Positions 38,869-48,128 of a stretch of 64,000 bases of DNA are shown piece by piece. Source of the DNA: Candidatus Marinacidobacterium sp. (GTDB lineage Bacteria; Acidobacteriota; Vicinamibacteria; Marinacidobacterales; Marinacidobacteraceae). The notes under the pieces were generated by a model, which had not been told where the DNA came from, did not search any database, and worked only from the letters and a program-made list of their open reading frames with translations. The position numbers and the translations under genes were made by a program. Position 1 is the first letter of the stretch, and the number at the start of each line of letters is the position of its first letter. Where the stretch lies: NCBI GenBank assembly GCA_965220965.1, contig OZ244852.1, positions 1,952,001-2,016,000 of the forward strand, given 5' to 3'.

Positions 38869-40580
38869 TACCAGCCCGCCGCGTGTCCCTCGCGGCGTCG
38901 GTCCGGTCCTCCCGAGAGGACGCCGGAGCCGGGGTAGATCCGGATGGCGTTCAGCATCCCGATCCGGCTGGGCGGCTGCCGCAGCCGGTGCCCCCGGGAG
39001 TTGAGCGCCTCCCGCACCTCATCGGAGAACTCCTTCTCGAGCACGAGGTCGGTGCCGTCCATGTAGGGGATCGAGTTCTCGAGGTAGCGGACCACGAAGC
39101 GGGGCGCGTCCACCGCCGCCGCCGCGTCCATGTCGAAGTCGAGGGCCCGCACCAGCACCTGGAGGATCGTCTGGGGGATCGTCCACCCGCCCGCCGAACC
39201 GAGGGCGAAGTACGGCTTGTCGAAGCGGGTCACGATCGTCGGGCTCATGACGAACCGGGGCCGCTGGCCCCCTTCGATCCGGTTGACGTCCTCCGGGTCC
39301 AGACTGAAATAGGACATGCCGTTGTTGAAGATGACGCCGGTCTCCGGCGCGACGACCCCGGCGGGAAGCATCAGCGTCTGGGTGATCGAGACCACGTTGT
39401 GGTCCCGGTCCACGACGGTGTGGTGGGTCGTGTGCTCCACCGCGGTGGGCAGGTCGCTGTCCGGGCGGACCGCGGCGTGGAACCGGGCCTGGCCCAGGTC
39501 GATCCGCGCCGCCTGCGCGGCGGCGTAGTCCTTCGACAGGAGCCGCTCGAGCGGGATCTCGGCGTAGTCCTTCCCGGTGTTCCAGGCGTCCTCGTCGACG
39601 AAAGCGAGCTTCATCGCCTCGGCGACCAGATGGACGAACTCGGGCGAGTTGTGCCCGATCGCCCCCACATCGAATTGCTCGAGGATGTTCAGCGTCTGGA
39701 GCACGGTCATCCCCGAACCGCCGGGCGGCTGGCTGTGGACCGTGTAGCCGCGGTAGGTGGTGGAGAGCGGGTCGCCCCACCGCGCCTCGTAGTTCCGGAA
39801 GTCCTCCACCGTGAGGATCCCCCCGTTGTCCTGGAAGTACCGCGCGAACGTCTCCGCGAGCGCGCCCCCGTAGAACACCTCGGGCCCGCCTTCGGCGATG
39901 GCCCGCAGGGTGTTGGCGAGGTCCGGCTGCTTCAGGACCTCACCCACCGGCCAGGGTTTGCCGTCCCGGAAGAAGATGCTCGCGCCGTAGGGATAGCGGG
40001 CGACATCGGCCCCGAACCCGCTGGCGCCGAAAGCGCCGTGGACCGCCGGCGTCATCGCGAACCCGTCCTCCGCGTAGCCGATGGCGGGGGCGAGGACCTC
40101 CGCCCACGACATCGAGCCGTACTCCTCGAGGATCGCGGCCCAGCCCGCGAGGTTCCCGGGGACCAGCGGCGCCAGGAAGCTGTCGCGGGCCGGATGGGTG
40201 CGGTCCCACAGACGGCTCCCGGCGGTGAACGCCTCGGGATCGGCCGCGGCCGGCGCCGCCCCGATGAAGTCGAGCGAACGGATCCCGCCCTCTTCGGCGT
40301 CGTGGATCAGCGCGTAGCCCCCGACCCCGCCGAGACCGGACATGAGCGGCTCCACGACCGCCAGCACCGCGGCGCTCGCGACCGCGGCGTCGAAGGCGTT
40401 GCCTCCCGCCTGCAGGATCCGAAGCCCCGCCTGCGCCGCCAGCGGATGGGAGGTCACGACCATCCCGTTCACGCTCATCCCCTGACCGTCGGCCGGTTCA
40501 CGAAGGCCCGGCGTCAGCAGGAGGGCCAGCCCCAGCGCCGGGACGGCGGGGACGAGGAAGATCTTCCGGTTCCGGATCAT
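38868..40580 (-). CDS. ggt: Gamma-glutamyltransferase family Ntn hydrolase, exported
   Basis: GGNAFDAAVA, SGLGG, VPG, QPDLANTL, nucleophile HTTH, GVIFNNGM, GSAGG, DRRREG. Confidence 0.9.
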   Translation of the reverse strand: MIRNRKIFLVPAVPALGLALLLTPGLREPADGQGMSVNGMVVTSHPLAAQAGLRILQAGGNAFDAAVASAAVLAVVEPLMSGLGGVGGYALIHDAEEGGIRSLDFIGAAPAAADPEAFTAGSRLWDRTHPARDSFLAPLVPGNLAGWAAILEEYGSMSWAEVLAPAIGYAEDGFAMTPAVHGAFGASGFGADVARYPYGASIFFRDGKPWPVGEVLKQPDLANTLRAIAEGGPEVFYGGALAETFARYFQDNGGILTVEDFRNYEARWGDPLSTTYRGYTVHSQPPGGSGMTVLQTLNILEQFDVGAIGHNSPEFVHLVAEAMKLAFVDEDAWNTGKDYAEIPLERLLSKDYAAAQAARIDLGQARFHAAVRPDSDLPTAVEHTTHHTVVDRDHNVVSITQTLMLPAGVVAPETGVIFNNGMSYFSLDPEDVNRIEGGQRPRFVMSPTIVTRFDKPYFALGSAGGWTIPQTILQVLVRALDFDMDAAAAVDAPRFVVRYLENSIPYMDGTDLVLEKEFSDEVREALNSRGHRLRQPPSRIGMLNAIRIYPGSGVLSGGPDRRREGHAAGW

Positions 40581-40673
40581 GTGTCGGCCTCCCCGGGCGT
40601 CCCGCATTGCAATGCCCTGCGCCCGCCCTTACTTTACGGGCCCGCGGGGCCGTACCGGATCCCGACATTCCTC

Positions 40674-41438
40674 ATGCGCCTCGAAGGCAAGCGCGCGCTG
40701 GTCACCGGCGGCTCCCGGAGCATCGGGCGGGCCATCGCCCTCGGGCTCGCCCGGGAGGGCGCGGATGTCGCGGTCCACTACCGGAGGAGCCGCGAGGACG
40801 CCGGGAGCGCGGCCGGTGAGATCGAGGCGCTGGGGCGCCGCGCGGGGGTGGTTCAGGGGTCCACCGACTCGCGGGCGGACGTCGAGCGCTTCGTCGCCGA
40901 AGCGAACGACCTGCTGGGCGGGCTCGACATCCTGGTCAACAACGCCGGGATCCTGAAGCGGACGCCGCTGCTCGCGATCAGCGAGGAGGAGTGGGACCGC
41001 ATCCTGAACGTCAACCTGAAGGGCTATTTCCTGGTTGGCCAGGCGGTGGCCCGGCGCATGGTCGAGGCGGAGACCCGGGGCGCGATCGTCAACGTGTCCT
41101 CGGCGGGACAGGCGGTCGCCGCGCCGAACCTGACGCACTACTGCGTCTCGAAGGCGGGGGTCGAAATGCTCACCAAGCAGATGGCGCTCGAGCTCGCGCC
41201 CCACCGGATCCGGGTGAACGCCATCGCGCCCGGACTGATCGAGACCGACATGAACCGGACTGACATCGCCCGGCCGGAGTTCCGGAAGCGGCGGCTCGCC
41301 CGCATCCCGCTCGGGGAGATCGGCGTCCCCGACGATCTCGTGGGGGCGGTCGCCTACCTCGCCTCGAACCGGGAGGCGAGGCTCGTCACCGGCGCGACGC
41401 TGTTCCTCGACGCCGGCCAGACGATCTGGGGTGCGTAG
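40674..41438 (+). CDS. Short-chain dehydrogenase/reductase
   Basis: VTGGSRSIG, LVNNAG, YCVSK, IRVNAIAPG. Confidence 0.93.
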   Translation: MRLEGKRALVTGGSRSIGRAIALGLAREGADVAVHYRRSREDAGSAAGEIEALGRRAGVVQGSTDSRADVERFVAEANDLLGGLDILVNNAGILKRTPLLAISEEEWDRILNVNLKGYFLVGQAVARRMVEAETRGAIVNVSSAGQAVAAPNLTHYCVSKAGVEMLTKQMALELAPHRIRVNAIAPGLIETDMNRTDIARPEFRKRRLARIPLGEIGVPDDLVGAVAYLASNREARLVTGATLFLDAGQTIWGA

Positions 41439-42495
41439 GCGCCGCCGGATCGCCACCGGGCGGATCGCGCCCGGGCCGGGCCGCTCCGCGCTGGCGACCC
41501 TCGCGGCGCTGGCCGCCGTTTCGTGCGGCGCCGGGGCCGGCGAGTCCGACCCGCCGGGCTGGGAGGTCCGCTTCTCCCACGTGCTGTCGTCCAGTTCCGA
41601 GTTCCACCTGATGGCGGAGCGCCTGCGCGAGCTGATGCTGGAACGGACCGACGGAAGGTTCCGGATCGTCATCTACCCGTCGGGGCAGCTCGGCGACGAA
41701 CGGGTGGCTTTCGAGCAGCTCCAGGTGGGCGCGATCCAGATGGCCATCACCGGCACGCCGGTGCTGTCGGCGTGGGCGCCCGAGGGGCAGGTGTTCGACC
41801 TGCCGTTCCTGTTCCGGACCCGCGACCAGGGCCTCGAGGTCATGAACGGCCCGGTGGGGGACTCGTGGCGGGAGCTGCTCCTCGAGCGGACCGGCGTGCG
41901 GTCGCTCGGGTTCCTCGACTACGGGTTCCGCCATGTCTACAACCGGCGTCGCCCGGTGGAAGAACCCGGGGATCTCGCCGGACTCAAGCTGCGGGTGCTC
42001 CAGAACGCCACCTACCTCGCGGCCTACTCGGCGCTTGGGGTCCAGGCGACCCCGATGAACTACGGCGAGGTCTACTCCGCGCTCCAGCAGGGCGTGATCG
42101 ACGGCGGGGAGGCCAACGCCGTCGGCTTCGTGAGCAGCCGGCTTCACGAGGTCGCCGGGTACTTCGCCTTCACCTCGGTCACCTACAACCCGATCACGCT
42201 GCTCGTGAACGAGCCGTTCCACCAGGCGCTCCCCGCCGATGTCCGGGCCACGCTCGCCCGCTCGGTGCGCGAGGCGCTCGCCCACCAGAGCGCGGTCGCG
42301 CGGCGGATGGAGGCGGACGCGCTCGAGACGATGCGGGCCGCCGGAGTGACGATCTCCCGCCCGGACCTGGCGCCCTTCGCACGGGCTGTGCGGCAGGGCG
42401 CGCGGGACGAGCTGGCGGATCGGCTCCCCGGTGGCGGACCGCTGCTCGCCCGACTCATGGAAGAGGTGGAGCGCGCCCCACCCGGGAACGAGTGA
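41431..42495 (+). CDS. dctP: TRAP transporter substrate-binding protein (DctP family)
   Basis: YPSGQLG, DLPFLF, YGFRH, DLAGLKLRV, YGEVYSALQQGVIDGGE. Confidence 0.92.
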   Translation: MRRRRRIATGRIAPGPGRSALATLAALAAVSCGAGAGESDPPGWEVRFSHVLSSSSEFHLMAERLRELMLERTDGRFRIVIYPSGQLGDERVAFEQLQVGAIQMAITGTPVLSAWAPEGQVFDLPFLFRTRDQGLEVMNGPVGDSWRELLLERTGVRSLGFLDYGFRHVYNRRRPVEEPGDLAGLKLRVLQNATYLAAYSALGVQATPMNYGEVYSALQQGVIDGGEANAVGFVSSRLHEVAGYFAFTSVTYNPITLLVNEPFHQALPADVRATLARSVREALAHQSAVARRMEADALETMRAAGVTISRPDLAPFARAVRQGARDELADRLPGGGPLLARLMEEVERAPPGNE

Positions 42496-42989
42496 TGAAG
42501 CGGATCCAGGCGCTCAACCGCGTCCTGGCGCGGGTCGAGACCTGCGCGGTGGGCGGCCTGCTGATCGGGGTGTCGGCCGTGGTCCTGCTCCAGGTGCTGA
42601 TGCGGTACCTCGTCTCGCTCCCGAATCCCTGGAGCGAGGAGCTGTCGCGCTTCGCGTTCCTCTGGATGTCGCTGCTCGGCGCTTCGCTGGCGGTGGAGCA
42701 TCGGGCCCACTTCCGCTTCGATCAGATCACCCGGGCGCTGACGCCGCGCGTCCGGCGGGCGGTGGAGGTCGCGGGGACGGCCTTCGTCGCGACGTTCGCG
42801 CTCCTGCTCGTCGTCGCCGGGATCGCCCTGATGGGCCTCACGCTGGACCAGCGCTCCCCGGCGCTGAACCTGCCGGTGGCATACGTCTACGCGGCGGCGC
42901 CGGTGTCCGGGGCGTTCATGGTGGTCCACCTGCTGGCGGCTTCCGCGGGGCGGCGGCGGGCGGAAGCGCCCGACCAGGAGGCGGCGTGA
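42495..42989 (+). CDS. dctQ: TRAP transporter small permease
   Basis: QVLMRY, WSEELSRF, HFRFD, SPAL; TGATG coupling. Confidence 0.9.
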   Translation: MKRIQALNRVLARVETCAVGGLLIGVSAVVLLQVLMRYLVSLPNPWSEELSRFAFLWMSLLGASLAVEHRAHFRFDQITRALTPRVRRAVEVAGTAFVATFALLLVVAGIALMGLTLDQRSPALNLPVAYVYAAAPVSGAFMVVHLLAASAGRRRAEAPDQEAA

Positions 42990-44263
42990 TGGGCGGGCTC
43001 CTGGTCGGAACCTTCGGCGCGCTGGTGGCGGCCGCCGTCCCCATCGGCTTCGCGCTCGCCGGAGCGGCGGTGATCGCCATCCTCGCGGCGGATCTCCCGC
43101 TGGTCGTGGTTCCGCAGCAGATCGTCGCCGGGATGGATTCCTTCCCGATGCTCGCCGTCCCGCTCTTCATCCTGGCGGGGCTCCTGATGGACGTCGGGGG
43201 CATCAGCCGGCGCCTCGTGACGCTGGCGCGGGTGCTCGTGGGGCATTTCCGCGGAGGGCTCGGGCAGGTCGTGATCCTCGCCGAGATGTTCTTCTCCGGC
43301 GTCTCGGGCTCCACCTCCGCGGACGCCGCCGCGATCGGCGGGATCATGGTCCCGCAGCTCACCGCGAATGGCTACAGCCGGGCGCGGGCCACCGCCATCG
43401 TCTCCGCCGCCTGCGGGATGGGCATCCTCATCCCGCCGGCGATCGTGATGGTCGTCTACGGCGTCGTCGGCAACGTCTCGATCGGCGCGCTCTTCGTCGC
43501 CTCGATCCCGGCGGCGCTGCTGATGGCCGCGGGACTGATGGCGCAGATCGGGTGGCAGGCGCGACGGGAGGGGTGGCCGACCGGGGAGCGGGCTTCCGGG
43601 GCGGAGATCCGGGCGGCGGCGGTGGACGCCGTTCTGCCGCTCTTCCTGATCGTGGTCATCCTCGGGGGCATCCGCTTCGGGCTGTTCACCCCCACCGAAG
43701 CCGCCGCCGTCGCCGTGCTCTACGCGCTGCTCCTCGCCGGACCGGTCTACCGGTCGCTCCCGGTGGCCGAGCTCTGGCGCCGGGTCGTCCAGGCGGGCGT
43801 GCTGTCGGGGGTCGTGCTGTTCGTCGTGGGCGCAGCGCACCTGCTCGGGTGGGCGCTCGCCGTCCTCCAGGTCCCCCAGGCGCTCGCCGGTTCGCTGGCG
43901 GAGATGGGAGGCGGCCCGCTGGGTTTTCTGGCGGTCACGATCCTGATCTTCCTGCTCCTCGGAGCGCTGCTCGAGGGGGTCCCCGCCGTTGTCATGCTCA
44001 CCCCCATCCTGCTGCCGCTCGCGCGGCAGCTCGGGATCGACCCGGTGCACTTCGGCGCGGTCATCGTGGCGACCCAGGGGATCTCGGTCTTCCTGCCGCC
44101 GGTGGGGGTGAGCCTGCTGGTGGCGTGCTCGGTGGGCCGGACGCAGCCGATGGAGGTGGCGCGACCGCTCTGGCCCTACCTGGCGCTCATGCTCACGCTC
44201 ACGGTGGTCATTGCGTTTTTTCCCGGGCTGGTGCTGTTCCTGCCCGAACTGCTCGGCTACTGA
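42989..44263 (+). CDS. dctM: TRAP transporter large permease
   Basis: LAVPLFILAG, SGVSGSTSADAAA, LIPPAI, FTPTEAA, GIDPVHFG, PPVG. Confidence 0.94.
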   Translation: MGGLLVGTFGALVAAAVPIGFALAGAAVIAILAADLPLVVVPQQIVAGMDSFPMLAVPLFILAGLLMDVGGISRRLVTLARVLVGHFRGGLGQVVILAEMFFSGVSGSTSADAAAIGGIMVPQLTANGYSRARATAIVSAACGMGILIPPAIVMVVYGVVGNVSIGALFVASIPAALLMAAGLMAQIGWQARREGWPTGERASGAEIRAAAVDAVLPLFLIVVILGGIRFGLFTPTEAAAVAVLYALLLAGPVYRSLPVAELWRRVVQAGVLSGVVLFVVGAAHLLGWALAVLQVPQALAGSLAEMGGGPLGFLAVTILIFLLLGALLEGVPAVVMLTPILLPLARQLGIDPVHFGAVIVATQGISVFLPPVGVSLLVACSVGRTQPMEVARPLWPYLALMLTLTVVIAFFPGLVLFLPELLGY

Positions 44264-44326
44264 GGTCGGCAGGTGACGACGCCCGCCCATAGACTCCGGA
44301 CGGAGGGGACCCGACGAGAGAGGAAC

Positions 44327-45682
44327 ATGAGGATGCTTCGACAGATCGCAACTGGCATCGCAACTGGCCGGCGCCGACGGGCGGCGCTCCTGGCGGGCGC
44401 CGCGGCGATCTCCGCGGCGCTCGCCGCCGGGTGCTCGGTCGCCGAGCCGGCGCCGGACGTCCCGGGCGTCGACCCCGGCCGCCTCGCCCGCATCGGCGCC
44501 GCCCTCGAGGCATATGTCGAGGCCGGGGCGCTCCCGGGTGCGGTCGCCCTCGTGGCCCAGGGCGGAGAGACGGTCTACCTCGAGGCCTTCGGACACCGCG
44601 ACCGCGAGGCCGCCGACCCCCTCGAGACGGACGACATCTTCCGGATCGCCTCGCAGTCGAAGGCGGTCGTGAGCGTCGCAACCATGATCCTGCAGGAGGA
44701 GGGGCGGCTCCTGATCGCGGATCCGGTGGGACGCTATCTGCCGGAATACATGGAGACCACCGTGGCCCGCCGGGACCCGGATGGCGCCATCCGGGTCGAG
44801 CCCGCCCGCCAGCCGATCACCATCCGGCATCTGCTGACCCACACCGCCGGAATCGGTTACGGGGGCGGGCCGACGACCGCGAGCGCATGGTCCGAGGCGG
44901 GGATCACCGGCTGGTACTTCGCCGACCGCGAGGAGCCGATCCGGGAGACGGTGCGGCGCATGGCCGCCCTGCCCTTCGACGCCCAGCCGGGCGAGGACTG
45001 GGTCTACGGGTACGCCACCGACATCCTCGGCGCGGTCGTCGAGGCCGCCTCGGGAACGCCGCTCGACGAGTTCCTCCAGAGCCGGATCTTCGACCCGCTG
45101 GGGATGGCGGACACCCACTTCTATCTCCCGGAAGCGAAGCGGGATCGCCTGACCGTCGTGTATTCGGCGGGCGAGAGCGGCCTGACCCGCGCCCCCGATC
45201 CGGGCGGGATGGTGGGCCAGGGGGCCTACGTCGACGGACCCCGCGCCAGCTTCTCGGGGGGCGCCGGCCTTCTCTCGACGGCCAGCGACTACGCCCGGTT
45301 CCTCCAGATGCTGCTGAACGGCGGCCAGCTCGACGGCGCCCGCATCCTCTCCCCCAAGACCGTCGAGCTCATGACGGTGGACCACCTCGGCGGCATCCTC
45401 CTCCAGAACGTGGACGAAAACGGGGCCCTGTTCGGGAGGGAGCGGGGCGTCGGCTTCGGGCTCGGGTTCCGGGTTGTGAACGACCTGGGCGCGCGCGGCG
45501 TCCCCGGCTCGCTTGGGGAATACAGTTGGGGAGGCGCGTACCACACGAGTTTCTGGGTGGACCCGAGCGAGGATCTCGTCGTGGTCTATCTGACGCAGGT
45601 GATTCCGGCCGGGAACATCGACGACCAGGCGAAGTTCCGCGCGCTGGTCTACCAGGCGATCGAGAGCGCCAACCGGGAATGA
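44327..45682 (+). CDS. Serine hydrolase (beta-lactamase/esterase family) lipoprotein
   Basis: Lipobox LAAGC; [28 protein letters not shown]. Confidence 0.9.
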   Translation: MRMLRQIATGIATGRRRRAALLAGAAAISAALAAGCSVAEPAPDVPGVDPGRLARIGAALEAYVEAGALPGAVALVAQGGETVYLEAFGHRDREAADPLETDDIFRIASQSKAVVSVATMILQEEGRLLIADPVGRYLPEYMETTVARRDPDGAIRVEPARQPITIRHLLTHTAGIGYGGGPTTASAWSEAGITGWYFADREEPIRETVRRMAALPFDAQPGEDWVYGYATDILGAVVEAASGTPLDEFLQSRIFDPLGMADTHFYLPEAKRDRLTVVYSAGESGLTRAPDPGGMVGQGAYVDGPRASFSGGAGLLSTASDYARFLQMLLNGGQLDGARILSPKTVELMTVDHLGGILLQNVDENGALFGRERGVGFGLGFRVVNDLGARGVPGSLGEYSWGGAYHTSFWVDPSEDLVVVYLTQVIPAGNIDDQAKFRALVYQAIESANRE

Positions 45683-46365
45683 CGGTGTTCTTCCCGCTGG
45701 TCGCCGCCGCGCTCTTTCAGGGCCTCCCCGGGTACGAGGCGCGGAGCGCCCCGGCGGAGGCCACCGCGGCGCTCCCGGCGGACGCCGCCGCCTGGGACCG
45801 CGCCCACGTCGCGGAGTGGGGACCGGCCCCCTACGGCACGGCGTTCCGGGCGCTCTGGAACGACGCCGGCCTCCACCTCCGGTTCGATTCGGATGACGAC
45901 GGGCCGTGGCACACGATGACCGGGCGGGACGACCCGATCTGGGAGGAGGAGGTCGTCGAGATCTTCCTCGACCCCGAACGCGACGGGCGCTATGTCGAGG
46001 TCGAGGTGAATCCGGCGGGCGTCGTCTGCGACCTGCGGCGGCTGGGCGCCGGCGAGACCGGATCGGACCCGATCCCGGTCCCCAGCGGAACCATGGACCG
46101 CGGGTTCGACGTGGCGGGCCTCGAGGTCACGGTCGAGGCCCACGCCACCGGCTGGACCACGACCGCGTTCCTGCCCTGGAGCGGACTCGGGCTCGACGCC
46201 GCCCCCCAACCGGGCGCGGTCATGCCGTTCAACCTGTTCCGCATCAAGCGCCCCGGCGGTCCCGAAGCGCCGGCGGAGGGAGCGGTCTTCAACGCCTGGT
46301 CGCCCACCGGAAGCCCCAGCTTCCACGTCCCCGAGGCGTTCCGCCCGCTGACCCTCGTGGAGTAG
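45679..46365 (+). CDS. Carbohydrate-binding family 9-like protein
   Basis: [55 protein letters not shown]. Confidence 0.8.
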   Translation: MTVFFPLVAAALFQGLPGYEARSAPAEATAALPADAAAWDRAHVAEWGPAPYGTAFRALWNDAGLHLRFDSDDDGPWHTMTGRDDPIWEEEVVEIFLDPERDGRYVEVEVNPAGVVCDLRRLGAGETGSDPIPVPSGTMDRGFDVAGLEVTVEAHATGWTTTAFLPWSGLGLDAAPQPGAVMPFNLFRIKRPGGPEAPAEGAVFNAWSPTGSPSFHVPEAFRPLTLVE

Positions 46366-46384
46366 GGCGTCTCGGCGCGGGACG

Positions 46385-46639
46385 ATGACGCAAGAGGCCG
46401 CGCTGCTCGACCGCATCACGGTCCGCACCGACATCCTGGGCGGCAAGCCGATCATCCGCGGTATGCGGATCGCGGTGGAGCATGTGCTGGGTAATCTCGC
46501 AGCCGGAGAAAGCGTCGAGGACCTGCTTGCGCACTACCCGTTCCTCGAACCGGAGGACGTTCAGGCATGTCTGCTCTTCGCCCATCGCCTGCTGGCTGGC
46601 GAGCAGGTCCATGACCGCATCGACGTTCGAAGGGCGTAG
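46385..46639 (+). CDS. DUF433 family protein (antitoxin-like)
   Basis: RIT...ILGGKPIIRGMRIAVE..L..LAAG, YPFLEPEDVQACLLFA. Confidence 0.92.
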   Translation: MTQEAALLDRITVRTDILGGKPIIRGMRIAVEHVLGNLAAGESVEDLLAHYPFLEPEDVQACLLFAHRLLAGEQVHDRIDVRRA

Positions 46640-46695
46640 AGACTTCAAGGCGTCCGGTCGCCACACTCCAGACTGTCCACGAGAACGGGGCAACC

Positions 46696-47952
46696 TCAGG
46701 CCCCAGCAGGCCCGGCGTCAGGCGCCACTCCGACGATGCTCGGCGCCGGCTCTTGTCGAGGAACGCGTCCGGGCTGTCCTGTCTCCCAGTCGTACTCGTG
46801 GAGGGCGCTCCACGGAATCAGGCGGTCCGGCCCGCTGACCAGCGGCTCTTCGCCGCCGTAGACCACGACGCCCGGCATGGCGCCGGCCGATGGCGCGAGG
46901 ATCCTGCGCACCCGCCGGATCCGGGCGAAGGGCTCCGGGGCCATCGTTGCGGCGGATATGGTGTCCATCAGGGTCATCGGCGGCGGATGCTCGACGACGA
47001 GATCGACCTCCGCGCCGTTCCGGTCCCGGTAGAAGGCCAAGCCGGGGTCCTCGCCGCCGTTTGCGCGCGCTTTCCGGATCTCCGAGGCGACCCAGGTCGC
47101 GAAGATGGAACCGCGCAGCGGATGGAAGCGAAGCTGTTCCGGAGTGCGGATGCCGAGGAGCCAGCAGACGAGACCGGTGTCGTGGAAGTGCAGCTTCGGT
47201 CGTCTCACCAGACGCCGGCGCGCGCCGGAAAGAAGGACCGGCAACCAGAAGACGAGATAGCTCGCCTCCAGGATCTCGAGCCAGGACTTCGCGGTCGGCT
47301 GGGAGATCCCGCACTCGTTGGCGAGAGCCGAATAGTTGACGAGCCGCCCCGCGCTGGCGGCGCACAGCCCGAGGAAGCGCTGGAACGTCGCGAGATCGGC
47401 GACGTTCCGGATCATGCGCATGTCCCGCTCAAGGTAGGCGCCGACCAGGGACGCGAACCACTCGGCCGGGTCCACGCCGTCGCTGAAGATGGCGGGGTAA
47501 GAACCCGCAAGGAGAGCCGCTTCGAGGCTCTCCGGAGGGCGGGGAGAGCTCGTGATCTCGCCGCGGGTGAGCGGAAGGAGGTGGAACACCGCCGTCCGGC
47601 CGGCGAGCGACTGGGGAACCGACGGGAGAACGCGCAGGTCCTGCGAGGCGGTCAGGATCCAGCGTCCGGGCCGCCGATCCTCGTCGATCATTCCCATGAG
47701 GTAGGACGGCAGGTCGGGCGCCCGCTGGATCTCGTCGAGGATCGCCCCCCCGGGAAACTGCGCGAGGAACCCGCGCGGATCCTCGGTGGCGAAGGCCCGG
47801 ATGTCCGGCGCATCGAGCGCCACCCAGGCGTGGTCCGGGAACACATGGCGGCACAGCGTGGTCTTGCCGGCGTGGCGGGGTCCGGTAAGCGTGATCGCCG
47901 GCCAGGCCTCCGCCGCCTTCCTCAGCCTTGGCGCGAGCTCGCGTGGGATCAC
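46696..47952 (-). CDS. AAA+ ATPase with DUF4143 domain
   Basis: GPRHAGKTT, ILDEIQRAP, SLAGR, YLERD, PKLHFHDTG, YRDRNGAEVD. Confidence 0.9.
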   Translation of the reverse strand: MIPRELAPRLRKAAEAWPAITLTGPRHAGKTTLCRHVFPDHAWVALDAPDIRAFATEDPRGFLAQFPGGAILDEIQRAPDLPSYLMGMIDEDRRPGRWILTASQDLRVLPSVPQSLAGRTAVFHLLPLTRGEITSSPRPPESLEAALLAGSYPAIFSDGVDPAEWFASLVGAYLERDMRMIRNVADLATFQRFLGLCAASAGRLVNYSALANECGISQPTAKSWLEILEASYLVFWLPVLLSGARRRLVRRPKLHFHDTGLVCWLLGIRTPEQLRFHPLRGSIFATWVASEIRKARANGGEDPGLAFYRDRNGAEVDLVVEHPPPMTLMDTISAATMAPEPFARIRRVRRILAPSAGAMPGVVVYGGEEPLVSGPDRLIPWSALHEYDWETGQPGRVPRQEPAPSIVGVAPDAGPAGA

Positions 47953-48128
47953 TCCGGCCAGCCTACACCGTGTCGTCAGATTCAAAATCGGATTTGCATT
48001 CTCTGTCTTCCGGCCACTGTCCGCGCCGATGCGCCGCGCGCGACACCCTGAACATCCCCGGATCCCCCGGGCGCTCCACGGCGGTCGCGCCCCCCGGGCG
48101 ATAGCCTCTCCACTCCGAGGTGATCCCC

